Shown here: piece after piece, positions 53,646 to 63,246 of the stretch
Position numbering within the stretch: position 1 is the first letter of the stretch
How the letters are laid out: every line of letters begins with the position of its first letter
Origin: Clostridia bacterium
Lineage (GTDB): Bacteria > Bacillota > Clostridia > Oscillospirales > CAG-272
Assembly (NCBI GenBank): GCA_017467815.1
Contig: JAFUKI010000057.1
Coordinates: 4,533 to 68,532, forward strand
Length of the DNA: 64,000 nt
Direction: 5' to 3'
Translations under genes and position numbers: made by a program
The notes under the pieces: generated by a model
Told to the model about the DNA's origin: nothing
Databases searched by the model: none
The model's input: only the letters and a program-made list of their open reading frames with translations

Positions 53646-56600
53646 TTACTCAGCAGGGAATACAGTGATCAAACCAACATAATATTCAAGAATAAGTTGT
53701 GCATCGAACATATCAATGATATTATCAGCATTGACATCAGCCAAAGAAAGTGCGATTTCGTTAGCATCAATCAAGTCAACATAATATTCAAGAATAAGCT
53801 GAGCATCAAACATATCAACTACACCGTCAAGGTTTGCATCGCCCAGCAGTCCTTCTCTGGTAATATCCAGAGCATTATAAATACTGTCAGCATCAATATT
53901 TTCCACATAAGTTGTGTTGGTATTGATCGCGGCATATACGAAGAAGTGCTGATTCAGAACGGCAACAGCGGCATCTACGTATTCGGCAACAGCGCTGAGG
54001 TCGATATTGAGTTCAGCGGGAAGTACAGCCTGCAGTGCTTCTGTGGGATCGATAAGACCGGTCACAACAACCTGTGCATCAGGAGCCGCTTCGCGAATGT
54101 CATTCAGAACTGCGGGGAATTCCACTGCGAATTCGAAATAACTGTACAGAACATTTTCCAAAGCTGCAACAGCCAGTTCAAGAACAGGGATCTCAACTTT
54201 AATATCGGGATCAAATCCAAGGAGATCGGGACTTGCCAATTCTGCACCCAGGTCGAAGATGACAACAGGTTCTTCGATCTGTTCGCTGAGAACAGTTTCT
54301 GCAATGCTGAGGATTTCATCTTTTGCCTTGATTGCAGCGGCATCAAACTTGCTCCAGTCAAGTTCTTTGACCTTTGCATTCATGTCGATGCCCATTTCGG
54401 TCATGTATTCAACGATGGTATCGCCGAATATGCCGTTCAGCAAACCTGCCAGATCTTCGTTAGCCTTAACTACTTCGACAACCATACCCATTGCCTGAGC
54501 ATAAGCAAAGGATACAAATTCATTCATATCAAAGGTTACCGTAACCAGGTCAGCCTTAGCAACTTCGTCAAGGTAATCTTCATTCAGAGCGAACTGCGCA
54601 TATTTATCGTCCAGACCGAGTTTCTCTGCAAGAGCAGCCGCATAGTCGGATGTACCCAGTGCAACATAGTAAGAATCGTAATCGATGGTATATTCGCCGT
54701 GAGTCGTGTCATAAATTACATATTCAAGAGCAGCCTTGATGGACTCTATACCGCTTTCTGTGGTTTCGGCGATATCAGCTGCAGCTTCGACCATGATATC
54801 TGCAACAGCCACAACTTCATTACCGATGTTGTCGGCAGCTTCAGTTACAGCTTCAATAATCACACCGGCAGCTTCGAGAACAGTTTCTTCATATGCATCG
54901 ATTGCAGTATCAATAACCTGGACAGCAGGATCTACTGCAGCGAAGATTGCAGCAGCAGATGCGCCATAAGCTGCAAGTGCATCGGAATAGATGGTGCCAG
55001 CTGTGATGGTAACGATAGCATCTACCTGCTTTGCAAGGGTATCTGCAGTAGTGATGAGCTTCATTACATCACCTTCTGCGATTTCATAGATGTCTGCAGC
55101 TACATTTCCAAGAGCTGTCAGAACGTCACCAGTCTGTGCAAGAGCATTCTTAGCATCGTCAATGGTTTCTACGCTTTCAAGGGTAGCAATGACATTATCC
55201 ACGATTGCTTCGATTTCGTCCTGCTTTGCAAGGAGAGCAGATTCGGAATAAGTCAGTTCAACAGCTTCAACAAGTGCATAGAGCTGCTTGCCTGCATCAG
55301 CAATCTTCGCATTGGTGGAAGCAGACAGCTTGATAGCTTCTGCTTTAATAGTATCCAGTGCAGGAGTTACCACTTCAGTAATATCGTTTACAGCTGTTTC
55401 GGTAGCGGCAACAATTTCTTCAACAGCATCGGCGACAGTCTGGCAAACAACATCCATGGTATCGAGAACAATAGCATCGATGTTTGCTGCTGCGGTCTCC
55501 ATTGCTGCAATGGTATCTTCGTAACCGGAAGTAACTACTGCGATGAATTCTTCAACTTCCATACCGGTTGTATCGAGGAATACATCCACAGGGGAACCTT
55601 CTTCAATATAATTCAGAAGTTCGGAGATATAGGGGATGAGCTTTTCATAAGTTGCAGCAAGGAGCTTCAGAGAAGCATTTGCTTCGTTTACAAGTGCTTC
55701 AGCTTCAGCAGCAAGTTCTTCAACCTGAGCTATTATAGCCTTAACTTTTTCAACGGTAAGTTCAGCTTCGTTTTCAATCTTGTTGATAACATTCTCAACA
55801 TTCTGTGCGAATGCTTCGAGCTGAGCTATGAAATCATTTACCTTTGCAAGCGTGTTTTCCAGTTCAGCAACGATGGCTGCAACTTCTTCATCAGCATATT
55901 CTTTAAGAACATTCAGAACAGCATTGATATCGTCTGCAACGGCTTTGAGTTCATCAATCAGAGCGTAAATTTCGCTGAGATCGATATCTTCAAATTCAAC
56001 ATCGTCAATAAAGTCTTTTACATCGTTGATAAGGTCATTGATGATGTCTTCAATAACAGCCTCAGTAACACCGCCGAGTTCCAGAGTGTTGTCAATGATC
56101 AGAGTCAGGAGATCACCGACCATCTGGTCAAAGCGGCCATCGAACCAATCCGCATACTGACTGCCTGCATTTTCGGCAACATCAACCATATCCTGGAGAG
56201 CATCAAAGCTCTTGCGAAGCATATCAGCAACTGCAGGATCCACTTCTTCGTCGATCACTTCGATGATAGCGTCAACAAGTTCACCCTGGAAGCTTATGAG
56301 CTGATCTTCGAGAGCATTCAGGATCTGTTCGTAAGCGAGAGCAGAAGAAACAGGATTCTTCATCATCTCATCTTTAACAGTTTCAATTTCTGCCTTGATC
56401 TCATCAATTCTATCGATGATTTCCTGTACCTGTTCGCTGTTGTATACTGCATCAGCGATGGCTTCGATATCGGATGCAAGGACAGCGGAAATTGCAGTAA
56501 TGATCACCTTGATATCATCGGATGCGGCTGCAGCAGCTGCGATAAATTCTGTCACAGCATCATCACCTGCAGCGTAGATGATAGCAAGCGCTTCAGCAGG

Positions 56601-59600
56601 GGTTTCAGTGAGATATTCACGAACAGCGGCACCAAGTGCGGGGTCAACCTTGTCAGCCAGCTGACCTACGGATTCAACCCAGGCTGCATATTCTTCGTTG
56701 AATTCTTCAACACCGTTTGCGATCCAAGCATATGCTTCGTTTGCGATGGTTTCAACAAGATCTGCGTAGTAGTTTACGGTGTCAGTAAACTGATCGATGT
56801 AAGGATCTACAACAACACCAAGTTCATTTGCGAGAGCAAGGATATTGTTGCGGTGTGTGTAGAGATCTTCTTCAAGATCAAGGATCGCTGCCCAGGTGTC
56901 ATCGATGTTATCGTTACCGAGGACAGCCTTGATCTCTTCAAGAGTTGCGACAGTTGCATTCAGTTCATTGAGAAGCTTTGCTTTAACTTCATTAAGCTGT
57001 GCGTCAACAGCGGTTTCGTCAACAAATTCGATTGCTGCTTCAACGCCGTCGATAGCCACATCAATGTAGTCCTGAGCCTGTGCAATGTAGCCGTTAGCTA
57101 CTGCCTGCGCATAAGCGTACTTGTATGCTTCTTTGAGGTTTGCAACAGTTTCATCTTTGGGGGTGTATTCGGTTTCGTATGCATTAAGTACTGCTGCATA
57201 CAGAGCATCGTGACCGGCTTCGGAAGGATGAGAACCGATACCGTTACCGATTATACAACGAGCAAACAGAGCCAACAGACCTGCCAGTTCACTATTAGCA
57301 ACAGTATCACCCAGAACATCGGGCATTACCAGCAGAGTGCAGAGCTTATTGGCAATTCCGACAACACCATCGTTCAGTGTTGTAACAGCGTCATCCACAA
57401 AACCCTTAACAGTATTGACTACAGTATCCACACCGGCGATAGCTTGCTTCAAGGAATTTACAGTACCAACTGTATTATCTTCGCCTGTATCATAAAATCC
57501 CTTGAGCTGTTCCGCAGTATACTCACTATTTTCAGCCATAAAATCATAGATAGCATCTTCGCCGCCCAGATACAGAGCCTTGACATCATCAGCTTCCAGC
57601 TGTTCGGCGGACTGATCGGCAACAATCTCATAAGCCTTGGTCAGATCAGCACCGGTGTACAGATCAGCCACATCTTCTGCGGAAAGGGCATAGTCACCGG
57701 AGTTAGCAGCCACCAGAGCATAAGCAACAGCCAGAACTGCATCATCGCCGCCCTTAACCATGTCAACAACCTGTTCTGCATTCACCATGTCATTGGATCC
57801 ACCAGCTACAAATACAGCAACTACATCCAGTTTAGTTGCACCTGCAGCAGCAGCGGCATCCGCAAAATCCTCCATAATGGAGCTGAAAGGATCTCCGTCG
57901 AGAAGTGAGCCAAGACCCATAATAGAATTGATTCCTACGGGAGTGTTCTTGCTTTTTACGATTGCCCTATCAAATGCAAGGTACATGGAGATGGAGGTAG
58001 CCTTCTCGGTATTGGTAGGCTCAACCGCATACGAAAGCTTGCCTGCATCGTTCAGATCTTCATAATCTTCGATTTCTTCCAGAGTAATGGGAACAACCGC
58101 TTCACCCAGCAGATCCCAAACCATACCGTCACCATTTTCGCCAACGATAGATTCTACGAAACGGTCGCGAACGGTATCATCAGTAATAGGATACTCATAA
58201 GTATCAACGATAGCCTGTACATAGTCTGCTTCTGCCCAGTAGAAGGTTGCTTCATCATATACGCTATTTTCTACAGCCTGCATATAGGTAGGCAGAGCAG
58301 CGATATATGCGTTCAGAGGTACGAACAGATAGTCCATAATCTCGCCCAGTGTTACATCCGCAGTAATTGCGCGGGAGGCATTGGACTTGATAGTATTCAT
58401 CAGTGCAACCAGAATAATCTCTGCGTCGGGATTCAGCTGAAGAATAGCTTCAACAGTACCGGCGTAGTTCAGTGCATAGCTGATGATAGAATACATAAGC
58501 GTGTTGTAAAGAGCCTCAACAGTGCTGGTACCTTCGACACCGTCATCTGCTACCAAACCATATTCTGCCAGGATCTTATCAACTTCACCCAGAAGTACGA
58601 GAAGTTCACTCTTCATCGTAGGATCACACTCATTAAGAGCGTTTTCTATGTCGTACTTCATAGCATCTTCAGGTTCGCCGCCGTCAAAGCCGATGGCTTC
58701 CATGATGCGGCCGAACATAAATACGCCAAAGTTACCGTTACCCATTCCGAGAGAGATAACGTCAGCGTTTGCTACGGATTCCTGATAGTATTTTGCAACG
58801 ATCTTCAGTGCGTCGATGTCGCTTTCGTAGGCATCTTTAGCATCATCGGTAGAGAATGCTGCACCGCCATCTTTACCTTCAATGCAGTATGCTGCAACGT
58901 CAAAACGATAGTTGTTCACCAGTTGATCCCATGTCCAGTAGTCACCGTTTGTGAATACAGAGTACCACAGGTCTTCATCCCAACCGTCTTGCAGTTCATT
59001 GATTACCTCTACAACTGCAGGATCGTCGTAATCGACTTCAAGCAGCCAATGCAGGTCTTCTGCACGCATAGCAGACATAGCCAACTGTGCATGGTTGAAT
59101 CCGAAGTAATCAGCAAACTGGTTTGCATAGGACTCATCACCGTAGTCTTCAACACCGGTATTGCCATCGTACCCTTCAAGACCATAACCATTGCTCATGG
59201 AGTCGCCGAGGGAAACGTAGTTTTTATTACTATAAACCTGGAATTCTGAGAAACCATTTTTGTTCACGAATTCAACAAAATACTGACCATTCTTATACTG
59301 AACAAGCAGATTCTTGTGTGTATACTCGGTTCCATCGTCCTTAACGTGAACTACAGTTATCTTTTCGCCTTCAACAGCAAAACCTACGGGCAAAGGAATA
59401 ATAACAGTAACAGCCACACCGGTCAAATCGATGGCCTTGCTGTCAACGATCTGTTGTTTACCGTCACCCTTAGCAACAACCTGTACAACAGGAGTAATAT
59501 CAAGAACGAGAGTCTTGTTTTCAGCAGAGTCTACTTCAACAGACTTCACTTCAACATTCATAGCGGACTCAGTGATGATCTCTTCGGGAACGAAATCAGT

Positions 59601-60881
59601 AACGGCTGCCAAAATTTCGTCTGTATCACTCATCACTTCATTCTGTGCTGCAGTAATAGCATCAGTAAGTGCTTCTTGATTGTCTTCGTCCGCAGTAATC
59701 TCGATGTTGGATACAGCTTCCACTACATCCTGTGTAACATCATCGGGAACCACGGGAGCAATAGTACCACCGGAAACATTGGGTTCTGCGGGCACGATAT
59801 TCTCAGTAGTCTTAACAACCTTATATCCATCAGCAACCTGTACTGCAATCAGATCGTATTTTTTCAACATATCCTGAGATGCATTTCCTGCAGTATCTTT
59901 GTCATATGCTATTCCGTCATAGGTGAAAGTACCTGTTCCGGTAGTATTATACGCCTTACCAGAAATAAGATTATCGCTCAAATCAACATCATCGGTAATA
60001 TTGGCAGACAATTTTCCAGTAAATTCACATTCGGTAAATGATGTTGTTGTTCCGTCTTCGTTATGCCATACACCGGCAATACCGCCCATTTCTTCTACGT
60101 CAGCAGCTTCGCCTGCATCAGTGATAGTCACATCACCGGAGCACTTAACATTCACTAAATTATTACCGTAATGTGCGATACCAATGATACCACCGACGTC
60201 ACAAGTAGAACCGATTACATCAATATCAGAGGTGATATTCTTGAAAGTGTGACCACCTTCACCAGCAAAACCAATGACACCACCTACGTATGTACGATAC
60301 GCTTTACCGTCTTCAATGGAATATGCCTTAACATAACTTGTTTCATCTACATCAACGGTAATGTCAGTCCAGTTTGCGTAAGCATTCTTACCACCAACAC
60401 CACCAACATATGCCAAACCATTTACTTCTACGTGACCGGTTACTTTGATATTGGTATACTCAGATGTATAGGGAGTACCCACTACAGTCCCAACATTACA
60501 ATAACCGGAAACATCAGCATTATTAACAGTCAAATTCTTGACTTCACCATTGGTTGTAAAACCAAACAAACCAACATTACTATTATTTCCGGTGATTACC
60601 AAATTGGAAATCACATGGTTATCTCCATTGAATGTTCCCTGGAACTTATTCGATGAATTGCCAATCGGAATCCATTCCTCATTGTTCAAGTCAATGTCAG
60701 CGGTAAGTGTTACCGTTTTTCCACTATACGTGTCACCGGCATTGACTTTATCACGAAATTCTTTCAATTCCGCGAGTGTACTAATGTTCACAACATCATC
60801 GTCCGCCGCAAAAACCCAAACAGGTGTCACGGACAGAATCATTGTGAGCACAAGCACAAATGATAGTAGCCTTTTCTTCAT
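53646..60881 (-). CDS. Giant (2,412-aa) secreted acidic protein: GLUG-motif region, expanded SGNH/GDSL hydrolase-like domain, ~1,100-aa Ala/Glu/Asp/Ile/Val-rich helical region, C-terminal dockerin
   Basis: ATG 60881 after GGAGGT. Signal peptide MKKRLLSFVLVLTMILSVTPVWVFA. GLUG-type repeats (NVGLFGF, YVGGVGG, YVGGVIGFAG, DVGGIIGIA, MGGIAGV). SGNH block I VSLGDSMSNGYG (Ser codon ~59200) and a block V-like SHPSEAGHD (~57220). A dockerin duplicated F-hand, DANLDGVVDMFDAQLILEYYV / DVNADNIIDMFDAQLILEYYV (53649-53850). Confidence 0.88.
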   Translation of the reverse strand: MKKRLLSFVLVLTMILSVTPVWVFAADDDVVNISTLAELKEFRDKVNAGDTYSGKTVTLTADIDLNNEEWIPIGNSSNKFQGTFNGDNHVISNLVITGNNSNVGLFGFTTNGEVKNLTVNNADVSGYCNVGTVVGTPYTSEYTNIKVTGHVEVNGLAYVGGVGGKNAYANWTDITVDVDETSYVKAYSIEDGKAYRTYVGGVIGFAGEGGHTFKNITSDIDVIGSTCDVGGIIGIAHYGNNLVNVKCSGDVTITDAGEAADVEEMGGIAGVWHNEDGTTTSFTECEFTGKLSANITDDVDLSDNLISGKAYNTTGTGTFTYDGIAYDKDTAGNASQDMLKKYDLIAVQVADGYKVVKTTENIVPAEPNVSGGTIAPVVPDDVTQDVVEAVSNIEITADEDNQEALTDAITAAQNEVMSDTDEILAAVTDFVPEEIITESAMNVEVKSVEVDSAENKTLVLDITPVVQVVAKGDGKQQIVDSKAIDLTGVAVTVIIPLPVGFAVEGEKITVVHVKDDGTEYTHKNLLVQYKNGQYFVEFVNKNGFSEFQVYSNKNYVSLGDSMSNGYGLEGYDGNTGVEDYGDESYANQFADYFGFNHAQLAMSAMRAEDLHWLLEVDYDDPAVVEVINELQDGWDEDLWYSVFTNGDYWTWDQLVNNYRFDVAAYCIEGKDGGAAFSTDDAKDAYESDIDALKIVAKYYQESVANADVISLGMGNGNFGVFMFGRIMEAIGFDGGEPEDAMKYDIENALNECDPTMKSELLVLLGEVDKILAEYGLVADDGVEGTSTVEALYNTLMYSIISYALNYAGTVEAILQLNPDAEIILVALMNTIKSNASRAITADVTLGEIMDYLFVPLNAYIAALPTYMQAVENSVYDEATFYWAEADYVQAIVDTYEYPITDDTVRDRFVESIVGENGDGMVWDLLGEAVVPITLEEIEDYEDLNDAGKLSYAVEPTNTEKATSISMYLAFDRAIVKSKNTPVGINSIMGLGSLLDGDPFSSIMEDFADAAAAAGATKLDVVAVFVAGGSNDMVNAEQVVDMVKGGDDAVLAVAYALVAANSGDYALSAEDVADLYTGADLTKAYEIVADQSAEQLEADDVKALYLGGEDAIYDFMAENSEYTAEQLKGFYDTGEDNTVGTVNSLKQAIAGVDTVVNTVKGFVDDAVTTLNDGVVGIANKLCTLLVMPDVLGDTVANSELAGLLALFARCIIGNGIGSHPSEAGHDALYAAVLNAYETEYTPKDETVANLKEAYKYAYAQAVANGYIAQAQDYIDVAIDGVEAAIEFVDETAVDAQLNEVKAKLLNELNATVATLEEIKAVLGNDNIDDTWAAILDLEEDLYTHRNNILALANELGVVVDPYIDQFTDTVNYYADLVETIANEAYAWIANGVEEFNEEYAAWVESVGQLADKVDPALGAAVREYLTETPAEALAIIYAAGDDAVTEFIAAAAAASDDIKVIITAISAVLASDIEAIADAVYNSEQVQEIIDRIDEIKAEIETVKDEMMKNPVSSALAYEQILNALEDQLISFQGELVDAIIEVIDEEVDPAVADMLRKSFDALQDMVDVAENAGSQYADWFDGRFDQMVGDLLTLIIDNTLELGGVTEAVIEDIINDLINDVKDFIDDVEFEDIDLSEIYALIDELKAVADDINAVLNVLKEYADEEVAAIVAELENTLAKVNDFIAQLEAFAQNVENVINKIENEAELTVEKVKAIIAQVEELAAEAEALVNEANASLKLLAATYEKLIPYISELLNYIEEGSPVDVFLDTTGMEVEEFIAVVTSGYEDTIAAMETAAANIDAIVLDTMDVVCQTVADAVEEIVAATETAVNDITEVVTPALDTIKAEAIKLSASTNAKIADAGKQLYALVEAVELTYSESALLAKQDEIEAIVDNVIATLESVETIDDAKNALAQTGDVLTALGNVAADIYEIAEGDVMKLITTADTLAKQVDAIVTITAGTIYSDALAAYGASAAAIFAAVDPAVQVIDTAIDAYEETVLEAAGVIIEAVTEAADNIGNEVVAVADIMVEAAADIAETTESGIESIKAALEYVIYDTTHGEYTIDYDSYYVALGTSDYAAALAEKLGLDDKYAQFALNEDYLDEVAKADLVTVTFDMNEFVSFAYAQAMGMVVEVVKANEDLAGLLNGIFGDTIVEYMTEMGIDMNAKVKELDWSKFDAAAIKAKDEILSIAETVLSEQIEEPVVIFDLGAELASPDLLGFDPDIKVEIPVLELAVAALENVLYSYFEFAVEFPAVLNDIREAAPDAQVVVTGLIDPTEALQAVLPAELNIDLSAVAEYVDAAVAVLNQHFFVYAAINTNTTYVENIDADSIYNALDITREGLLGDANLDGVVDMFDAQLILEYYVDLIDANEIALSLADVNADNIIDMFDAQLILEYYVGLITVFPAE

Positions 60882-61109
60882 AAGATTACCTCCAGTTTTT
60901 TGAAACACAGAGTTGCTGCCCTCCATATTTCTTGAATTGATATATATGCAATCTACAGCCTTGCTGGACTGCAGTACTGCCAAAGTAATATATTTTTGGA
61001 TCCATTATCTGCTTCCGCTGCAAGGACACCATGGTGACGGATACTCATGTACCCATCACCGTTCCTTGATCGCAGCAAAAACAGGTAATCTATATCCTTA
61101 TTAACGTAT

Positions 61110-62864
61110 TTATCTCTGCGCCCAGCTGACGTAATCAAATTGGGCATACTGAATCTCAAGTGTACGATAATCGTTCTTGCCGGATCCGGTTAAAGGAATA
61201 CTGTCCACAGCGATTACCGCTACAGGTCTTCCCCGTTCTTCCAGACGCGTCTGGCATTCATCATAAATATTCCGGCATACACTCTCGAAATCAGCCACAT
61301 CAGCAAGTTCCACAACTACCAGCGGATACTGTCCCTGACTGTGTTCACGGTCATCCACGCCGATTACGCAGCTGTTGCGCACAACGGGGTTCTCCGTAAC
61401 CATACTCTCAATATTAACCGGGAATACCTTATGTCCGTCAAAACGGGTGATCATCCGTTTTACACGCCCTTTAATAAACAGGAAACCATCTTCATCCATA
61501 TATCCGATATCGCCGGAATGAACCCAGATCTGTCCGTCATCATGGCGGCGCATAACATAATCTGTCTCCTCGGGGCGATTGTAATACCCCTTCATCATGG
61601 ACGGACCGGTAACACAGATTTCCCCTTCTTCGCCGATGTTCTTCTCCTCACCCGTATCCGGATCGAAAACAGAAACCGTGGTCGTAATAGAAGGGATCCC
61701 TACACTGCCCGCCTTGTATATATCATTCACACAGAAGGATGCCGCAGCGGACAACTCCGACATACCATATCCCTGCGCCAGAGGATAACGGATATTGTGT
61801 GCCTTCATAAAGGCATGCAGTTTGCCTTCCAATCCTTCGTTCATGGTATCCCCGCCGGAACCCATGGTGATCAGGAACGAAAGATCGAAATTCTTCATTT
61901 CTTTGCTCTGCATCAGTGTCTCATAGAATGCAGGCGTACTGATCATATGGTTGGGACGGTAGTTCTTTACCAATTTCCCGATGGTCGCCGGTACAAAACG
62001 GGGGATCAGAATCAATTCAAACCCCATACACAACGGCATATGCATACCGCAGACCATTCCGTAAGAGGTAAATACCGGAATAATCCCGAGGAAACGGTCC
62101 CCAGGCTTTATGTAAAGTCCGGCATATTTAAAATTATAGGAAACAGCGTTGACACTGTCATTGGTGAGCATAACACCTTTCGGGAAACCGGTCGTTCCGC
62201 CGGTGTATGCGATAGCCATGGTTGCGTCACCGACATACGGTGCTTCAACGGCAGTCACACCCTTACCTTTACCCAGGAAAGTATCCCAGTCCATAAGGTA
62301 GTCACCGTTATAGCGGATCTTTTCCGGAGAAGCTATCTTCATGGCGATCTTCTTTCCAAGAGGAAGAGATCGTGCCGCTGACTGTACGATTATATGTTTT
62401 TGATGGATCTCTCCCATGATCGGTTCAATTTTCGGGAATACCATGCCGATTATCACAAGCACGGAAGAACCGGACTCCTGAACCATGCGGCGGATGCTGT
62501 CCTTATCCATACGGGGATCAATGGTATTCGCCGTTGCCCCAAGTTTATTCAGCGCGTAAATAGCCGCTACGCATTCGGGTACTGCTACGGAAACGAAAGA
62601 TACTATATCCCCCTGCTTCACACCCAGCGCAGCAAAGGCATTGGCACAGGCATCAATATTCTCAAAAAGTTGTGCGTAGGATATTTTCTTTCCGTAATAA
62701 CAGAGAGCAGGACTGTTCAAATGATCCTGATTTGCCTGTTTCAGATATGTATATGCTGTACATGCCGGCAAGGACTGACGAAGGTTTTCTTCGGAATAGA
62801 ATTTCAGCCACGGCTTTTGTTCGGAAGGTCTTCTGCTTTTATTGACAGTTTCTATTTTTTTCAT
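61110..62864 (-). CDS. AMP-dependent synthetase/ligase (acyl-CoA synthetase family)
   Basis: 584 aa. AMP-binding core motif AYTGGTTGFPKGV, QGYGMSE, and HSGDIGYMDEDGFLFIKGRVKRMI with a C-terminal GKNDYR lysine motif. GGAGAG Shine-Dalgarno. Confidence 0.9.
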   Translation of the reverse strand: MKKIETVNKSRRPSEQKPWLKFYSEENLRQSLPACTAYTYLKQANQDHLNSPALCYYGKKISYAQLFENIDACANAFAALGVKQGDIVSFVSVAVPECVAAIYALNKLGATANTIDPRMDKDSIRRMVQESGSSVLVIIGMVFPKIEPIMGEIHQKHIIVQSAARSLPLGKKIAMKIASPEKIRYNGDYLMDWDTFLGKGKGVTAVEAPYVGDATMAIAYTGGTTGFPKGVMLTNDSVNAVSYNFKYAGLYIKPGDRFLGIIPVFTSYGMVCGMHMPLCMGFELILIPRFVPATIGKLVKNYRPNHMISTPAFYETLMQSKEMKNFDLSFLITMGSGGDTMNEGLEGKLHAFMKAHNIRYPLAQGYGMSELSAAASFCVNDIYKAGSVGIPSITTTVSVFDPDTGEEKNIGEEGEICVTGPSMMKGYYNRPEETDYVMRRHDDGQIWVHSGDIGYMDEDGFLFIKGRVKRMITRFDGHKVFPVNIESMVTENPVVRNSCVIGVDDREHSQGQYPLVVVELADVADFESVCRNIYDECQTRLEERGRPVAVIAVDSIPLTGSGKNDYRTLEIQYAQFDYVSWAQR

Positions 62865-62995
62865 TGGCTCTCCATAAATTAAGGGTTCATAGTTAAACGA
62901 ACATACGGTAGGACAAAATCAGTATTTTGTTCCCTGTGATACAGGTTTGATGAATTTTTTAAACAAAAAAATAAAGCAGCACCATGTTGGTGCAC

Positions 62996-63068
62996 AAAAA
63001 AACGCGTAATGACAAGGACACAAAAAAAGCTGCATTTGTGCCCTGTCTTTTACGCGTAAATTTTTTTT
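62996..63068. terminator. Long bidirectional terminator hairpin
   Basis: ACGCGTAATGACAAGGACACAAA (63002-63024) pairs imperfectly with TTTGTGCCCTGTCTTTTACGCGT (35-57). An A6 run lies on the left (62996-63001) and a T8 run on the right (63061-63068). Confidence 0.7.
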
Positions 63069-63099
63069 GGAAATCTATTGAAATATTTTTCAAAATCTA

Positions 63100-63128
63100 T
63101 TGAAAAATATATTTTCTTGTGATATACT
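63100..63128 (+). promoter_or_regulatory. Near-consensus sigma-A promoter TTGAAA-17-TGaTATACT (currently pointing right)
   Basis: TTGAAA at 63100-63105, a 17-nt spacer, TG at 63120-63121, TATACT at 63123-63128. It is preceded by a tandem duplication of AAATCTATTGAAA (63071-63105). Confidence 0.6.
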
Positions 63129-63246
63129 CTATATGTATATTAGTGTTCTGATATTTTGGCATTGTTTTCATATGTCAAAATACTGATTTTGTCTTGCCGG
63201 TAAACTCCGGCATATTTTCTATGACAGTCAAAATACTGATTTTGTC

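Noticed and set aside
53628-57908. A 1,426-aa plus-strand ORF (plus further plus-strand ORFs up to 60903) antisense to the giant gene.
   Set aside because: The product is C/F/I/N/S-rich nonsense with no signal, domain or Shine-Dalgarno sequence. The opposite strand encodes a coherent protein with a signal peptide, GLUG, SGNH and dockerin motifs. The open antisense frame is a by-product of the strongly biased codon set (GCA/GAA/GAT/ATC/GTT) of the sense gene.
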